A stretch of 64,000 nucleotides of DNA from Dudresnaya verticillata (lineage: Eukaryota), in NCBI GenBank assembly GCA_977862235.1, contig OZ374563.1:2170001-2234000 (forward strand). Reading direction: 5' to 3'. Within the stretch, counting starts at the first letter, position 1. Each line of letters begins with the position of its first letter. The position numbers and the translations under genes are program-made. The notes under the pieces were generated by a model. That model was given only the letters and a program-made list of their open reading frames with translations, ran no database searches and was not told the origin of the DNA. This document shows, one piece after another, positions 59,390-64,000 of the stretch.

Positions 59390-60049
59390 CTCTGTGAGGA
59401 TATTGAGATTCTTCTGGTAGGGATGTTCGTCTTCCAAAAGCAATGGATAGCAAAGGGCGCACCAACTGGAGAACACCAGGGCAATGGCTATATGTATGTC
59501 GAGAAATCACAGATTTCTGTTCGCCGTATTCGCATTATAGTCTCCAAACTCTTTTAATCCTTGCTTTATTAGTTTTGATGATGATCTCTGAGCAGTTTTT
59601 GAGGATCATTAATAGCATGGCTCTTCGGAAAGATTATTCAGAGATCCCAGACTAGGAAAAGAGCCTTACGGAACAACACAAACACCTAGTACGGAGAAAG
59701 ACAAACCGCGGCATTATCTTGCATTTTGATGTCCATTGCAGGCAAAGGCATGTACGTTAGTGCTTTGTATCGGCCTTAGAGAACGAACTTCTGTGCAGAG
59801 AAGTACGAAAAATGAAGAAAATGCGTACTGCTGATCAAAATGTGTGTCATGCAGGGCACTCGTCAAGGCTTCTGGTACCCTCGAGTTATGCCGTGGCGTC
59901 GTATCTCAACCTCAGATCAGCCTTCTTATAAGGGATCAAACCTTGCAAACATCAAAAATAGGCACAGATTAATAGAACCCCCGCTCAGCGTTAGCAAGTG
60001 CAATGAAGAAAAAAGTGAGCCCTGGATAATTTATATTGTTGGTCTCAAG

Positions 60050-61110
60050 TTTAACGCTTACCGCTCGAAATGCATCAACTGCTGCCTCTTCAAAGACAAT
60101 GCATGCTTCCTGCCGACGCAAAGGCTTGCATTACTTTCTGGTCTTCCATTTAACGCTGTTGGAAGACCCTTCTTCTGTCCACATTGGGAAGACCAATTTA
60201 ACAAGCCCTCCACTTTTCGGTGTTTGTCCATTGCATTCGGGTGTCCGCTGTGCGCCGTGAATGCGATCCCAACGAACACAAATCTGAACTGCACAGCATT
60301 CCTTGTCTTTCCTTACAGTTTTCTACTTACAGTCGTGGAATCTCCCCTCCAATACAATGTGCACCCCCAGTCCCGAGTCTTGACGCGTTATCTAACGAAT
60401 GCCCCTGCCATGTCAGCAGCATTGTGTGGATGGCCTGGGTGCAGAGATCTTCCATCCCCTGTTCTCCCCACGCCCCGCCACTCTTCTGGTCACGGGTACT
60501 ATTGCGGTGTTCCACCTTTTCAGACTCGAGGCCTGCTGACGGCTGCTTCCCTCGTCACTGTGACAAACTTTGCCCCGTTTGGTACGGACAGCCACGTCGC
60601 AGTTTTCTTGGATGTCTGATCTGCTTTAGTCAACCAGTGAAAACCCGCTCCGCCCCCAATGCTGGCAATGGTATGGATCGAGGATCAGCCACTCTTCTCA
60701 AATGGACCGCTATGCAGTCGTGTCGTGGATCCTCTCCAAACAAACGCCACCCCAACTTCACCGCGCTCAAATTGCAGGCCTGGACTCGCACACTTTCTGG
60801 CACACGGCCGGTCCCTGTCTACACCTCAACGCGCTTTGCACTGGCCAAGCAATTGCAATGCGCCGCACATCGAACTCTCGCAATACGATGGCACTTAGGG
60901 ACGTTTCGAATCCCTCCCCCAACCCCGCTGCCGCCCACCGAGTCCGCCGCCTACGACCCATCTTGAGCCTTCTGGCTTACCGAAACCCAACTCCCTCCTC
61001 CCTCACACCCGTAAGCCAAGCAATTGAACAAATCCGTCGCAATGGCCTCCCAACATACAACATCCTCCGACGACCCTACCACAGATCGATAGGTCCAGTT
61101 CCAGATATGT
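60050..61110 (+). mobile_element. Degenerate RWHLG-family non-LTR fragment including the RT C-terminal region
   Basis: SSVHIGKTNL/KPSTFRCLSIAF resembles the RT FRYLG region; later LQAWTRTLSGTRPVPVY..HRTLAIRWHLGTFRIPPP. Confidence 0.6.
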
Positions 61111-61129
61111 AGTGATGTTGTTCGTTAAT

Positions 61130-61800
61130 TGTTGTTTATAGTGGTCCTACGCGGGCAGCTTAGGCCCATGTGCAGGCGCACTTGAGAGCCCACAATGGGG
61201 CTAGTGGACTTATATTTTGTTACGTGCTATGGGACTATAGGCTATCTTTGACGAGGCCACTGGGTAGCGGTGGGCGACGGGGGTGGACGATCTTGTGCGC
61301 ACAGTCGGCGGCTTTTTTCAATGGCGGTTGAGATAGCGGTAAGCCCTGAGGGGCTGTTCGTGGGGTGTGACCACTTTTGAAGGATAGCGGCTTGTTCACG
61401 AAGTTCTAAACGTGTCACTGCGCAGGAGGGTGGAATTGGAAAGTTGTCAACATGCCAACGAACGGCAAGCTTTCGGTCGCGGTGGTTAGAAAGCCTGAGC
61501 GCGGGGGTAGGGGCGACACATCTTGGACCGGAGCAGACCGCCGGCATGCGACGGCCGACTTCCATTCGGCGAGGATCCGTGCCTGGATAACAGGATACGG
61601 CATGGGTGTTAGGGTTTGTTCCATCTCTGGAAGACTCCGTAAGGCACGAATAGTTTCTTTGTGTGAATTACTGTGGCTAGCGACGCGGTGGGCAACGCGG
61701 ATTTCTTGACAATGATCGTTCCGACGGATGTTGGAAGTTTGTAGGAGCTGACTTGAATGCTGACCCGGATGTGCTGCAACAGTCTCCATCTCAATCTGAA
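61130..61800 (-). mobile_element. 5'-truncated RWHLG-family non-LTR element with 3' UTR
   Basis: PALRLSNHRDRKLAVRWHVDNFPIPPSC; 3' stem-loop at 61141-61181. Confidence 0.75.
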
Positions 61801-63319
61801 GGCGTTCCGGAAAGTTCAGGTTGAAAGCTGAGAAGTTCAGATCTCGGAAGTAGAGTTCTGAATTATTCTAGCTTGGTTCGAGCGCAAGCTAAAAGGGCGT
61901 AGCAGGTTGGTGAGAGGAGCACGGCGGTCGGTGAAACGGTACGGAACGGGGACACGGAGGTGAGAACTGTGAGAGGGTGCTACTTCTCTTCTCGGTCCGT
62001 TTGCGAACAGAGGGCTCCCTTTCTTGTGAACGCGGTTTGCTTCCTGTCACAAATACAGAGAAACGGCGCCTTGTGCAGCGAGAGGCACAGGGAGTGTGCC
62101 TGTGGGACATCCACTTGCCGCGTTCAACTTGGGTCTCTCGCCACACATAGCCCCGGCTCATAGCTACTAGTCAGAGACTGGATAAATTTCGGTCATCGGA
62201 TATTACTGGATAAACAGCAGCCCAGGTTATGCACGTGAAACGCGATCGCAGCCCTCTCCGCACCACGTCAATCATTGCCGCAGCCATTGTCATCGCAGTG
62301 GAAGTCAGGTCGGTATCTCAACAGCGTAGCCGTTGGAGTGTAGCGGGTCCGGATCTGAATAGAACATCCCAAATAGTGTTCAGGTGCAACAGTTCTGTGC
62401 TCCATGACTGATATTGGCAGTTCACCATCGGCTTTTTGTGTAAGAACACTGATCACGAACCTCTTCCTTGGCACGGGTGCTGACCGGAGAGGCCAAGGAC
62501 TCGGTCAGTATTTTGGGAAGCTCTTGGTGGACTTCTGGCAGCCAAGTCAATGGCATCTGGACGTTCATCCCATTCAACAGAAATTTTAACTTGGCCGCCA
62601 ACTTCGCGTGTATCACGCAGTTTTTGACACGTAGCGCCCGCGTGCCCGCGGGCATTCCGATAGGAAGCTTAGGGGTGCTCTGTGACTTTTATATACACAT
62701 CGCTACGCAACTTAACATCCAATTTCTTTCCCTACTTTTCGATGTGTGACATGTGTTGGAAACATCCTGGACGAGACACCGCCGAGCAGTTCGGGACTCG
62801 GTGGGTAGTGACGCCTGAGGCAGTGCGTAGCCTCGCCTGATTCGGTTGTGGTATAGCGGTTAACACGCCTTGGGCGGACTGTTGTGGTGTGGTATAACGA
62901 AGTCCACGGTGACGCGGGGAAGTCTCGCACTACACGGAATGGCCTCGGAGCCTAACGTGTGGTCTCGTAGTGTAATGGAGAAAGGAAAAGGGGTGGTAGC
63001 ATGGTAGAGCGGAGCGACCAACACGAAGGACCACGGTGTCAACGTATTCGTGTTGTGCCACACGTGTGCGGAAGGGAAAACTCGAGCGATCGATCACCGG
63101 GGATGACTCTCGGTTTAGGGGCTATCGAAAGCGAGGCTCAACCGTATCCGCGGTCACGAAGACGAAGACAACGAACTCGAAGAAGCAGGCGTTTACCGAA
63201 GATTCCGAGGTCCGGGCGCTAGTCGCGTACCGGAAACCCTCGGAGGTTGTGCTAGACGACTGGCTAAGGAGAACTACGTGAGCACGAATAAACGTCAACG
63301 TGGGAGACGGTTCGTACTC

Positions 63320-63710
63320 GAATGATTCGTAACGGCTGAATGATTCGTAACGACCTCGGTGCCAACGAATGGTCGTCTCACGTATGGTGGCGGTTACGAA
63401 GTGCGCCAGCGATACATACGGAGGTGCCCGCGCGTCGGGGGCCTCGGTGCCGTTACGCGCAGGAAACAACGGGAAGATCACGAAGATGTAAGCGATTTCG
63501 TATCGGGTGCGCACTGTAATGCGACTGCCATCGTGGCGCGCGCGATCACGAAGTCAGCTCGGAATTCGTCCGGAGGTGTCAGCGATTTCGTATCGCGTGC
63601 GTGCTGTACTGCGAATGCTATCGTCGCGAGCACACAGTATGCGCACTGTAATACGTTTGCCATCGTGGCGTGTGCATTCACGGAGTCACTTCGAAATTCG
63701 TATTTCTCGA
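63320..63710. repeat. CpG-rich imperfect direct repeats
   Basis: GAATGATTCGTAACG x2 (63320, 63338); AGCGATTTCGTATCG at 63491 and 63581; TGCGCACTGTAAT..TGCCATCGTGGCG at 63508 and 63640. Confidence 0.6.
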
Positions 63711-64000
63711 TTATTTTCACGTACAGCACGGAGTCGTTTTGCGCACAGCGTCTATACCACACGGCCCCCTCCTCAAAAGCGAACGTCCCGGTCGCGGGTT
63801 ACGAAATACGAATTGACGTGGCCCGGTTTCCCTCGGAGGAGCGCATGTGGAGGCATCCGAGTGGCAGCGCGGGGATTGCTTCGAGTGTTGTCCGTGTTAC
63901 GCTTGGGTCCGGCCCCTCGATCTCTGTCATTGCACTCGTCGGTCTCAACTCCGTAGCTCGCGATCTACGCGTTTTTCGTTTTCCCCTCGTGCGCTTCGTA

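Noticed and set aside
62841..63015. tRNA A-box-like words (TGGTATAGCGG 62849, TAGTGTAATGG ~62968, TGGTAGAGCGG 63002)
   Set aside because: No B-box at tRNA spacing and no cloverleaf could be folded; tRNAscan-SE would settle it.
63320..63710. CRISPR-like repeat array
   Set aside because: Only 2-3 imperfect units, irregular spacing, no cas genes, eukaryotic context.

Overview
Eukaryotic nuclear DNA of roughly balanced GC, rich in transposable elements and repeatedly duplicated. Short GT-AG introns with CTAAC branch points and a GalEa-like copia suggest a red alga, but that is an inference. No rRNA, convincing tRNA, CRISPR or prokaryotic operon is visible. Main contents: (1) a near-identical direct segmental duplication (1-13533 = 17337-30869, offset 17,336 bp). 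Each copy carries an intact young Ty1/copia element (270-bp LTRs, GAATG TSD, 1385-aa Gag-Pol), a multi-exon orphan gene and a 348-aa orphan ORF. (2) Two divergently oriented copies of a second, GalEa-like copia (40905-46204 minus, 49336-54635 plus). They sit at different target sites yet share four inactivating lesions and the same 5'/3' LTR difference, which points to DNA-level homogenisation rather than independent retrotransposition. (3) Three copies of a small Ser/Gly/Lys-repeat protein gene with one C2H2 zinc finger, spread by local duplications. (4) About a dozen degenerate fragments of one non-LTR retrotransposon family with an 'LA(I/V)RWHLGxFPIPP' C-terminal motif and a conserved 3'-UTR stem-loop, plus a CRE-like endonuclease fragment. 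(5) A multi-pass membrane protein gene, a secreted Cys-rich protein gene and an older inverted duplication. All alignments were made by eye; boundaries of degenerate fragments are approximate.
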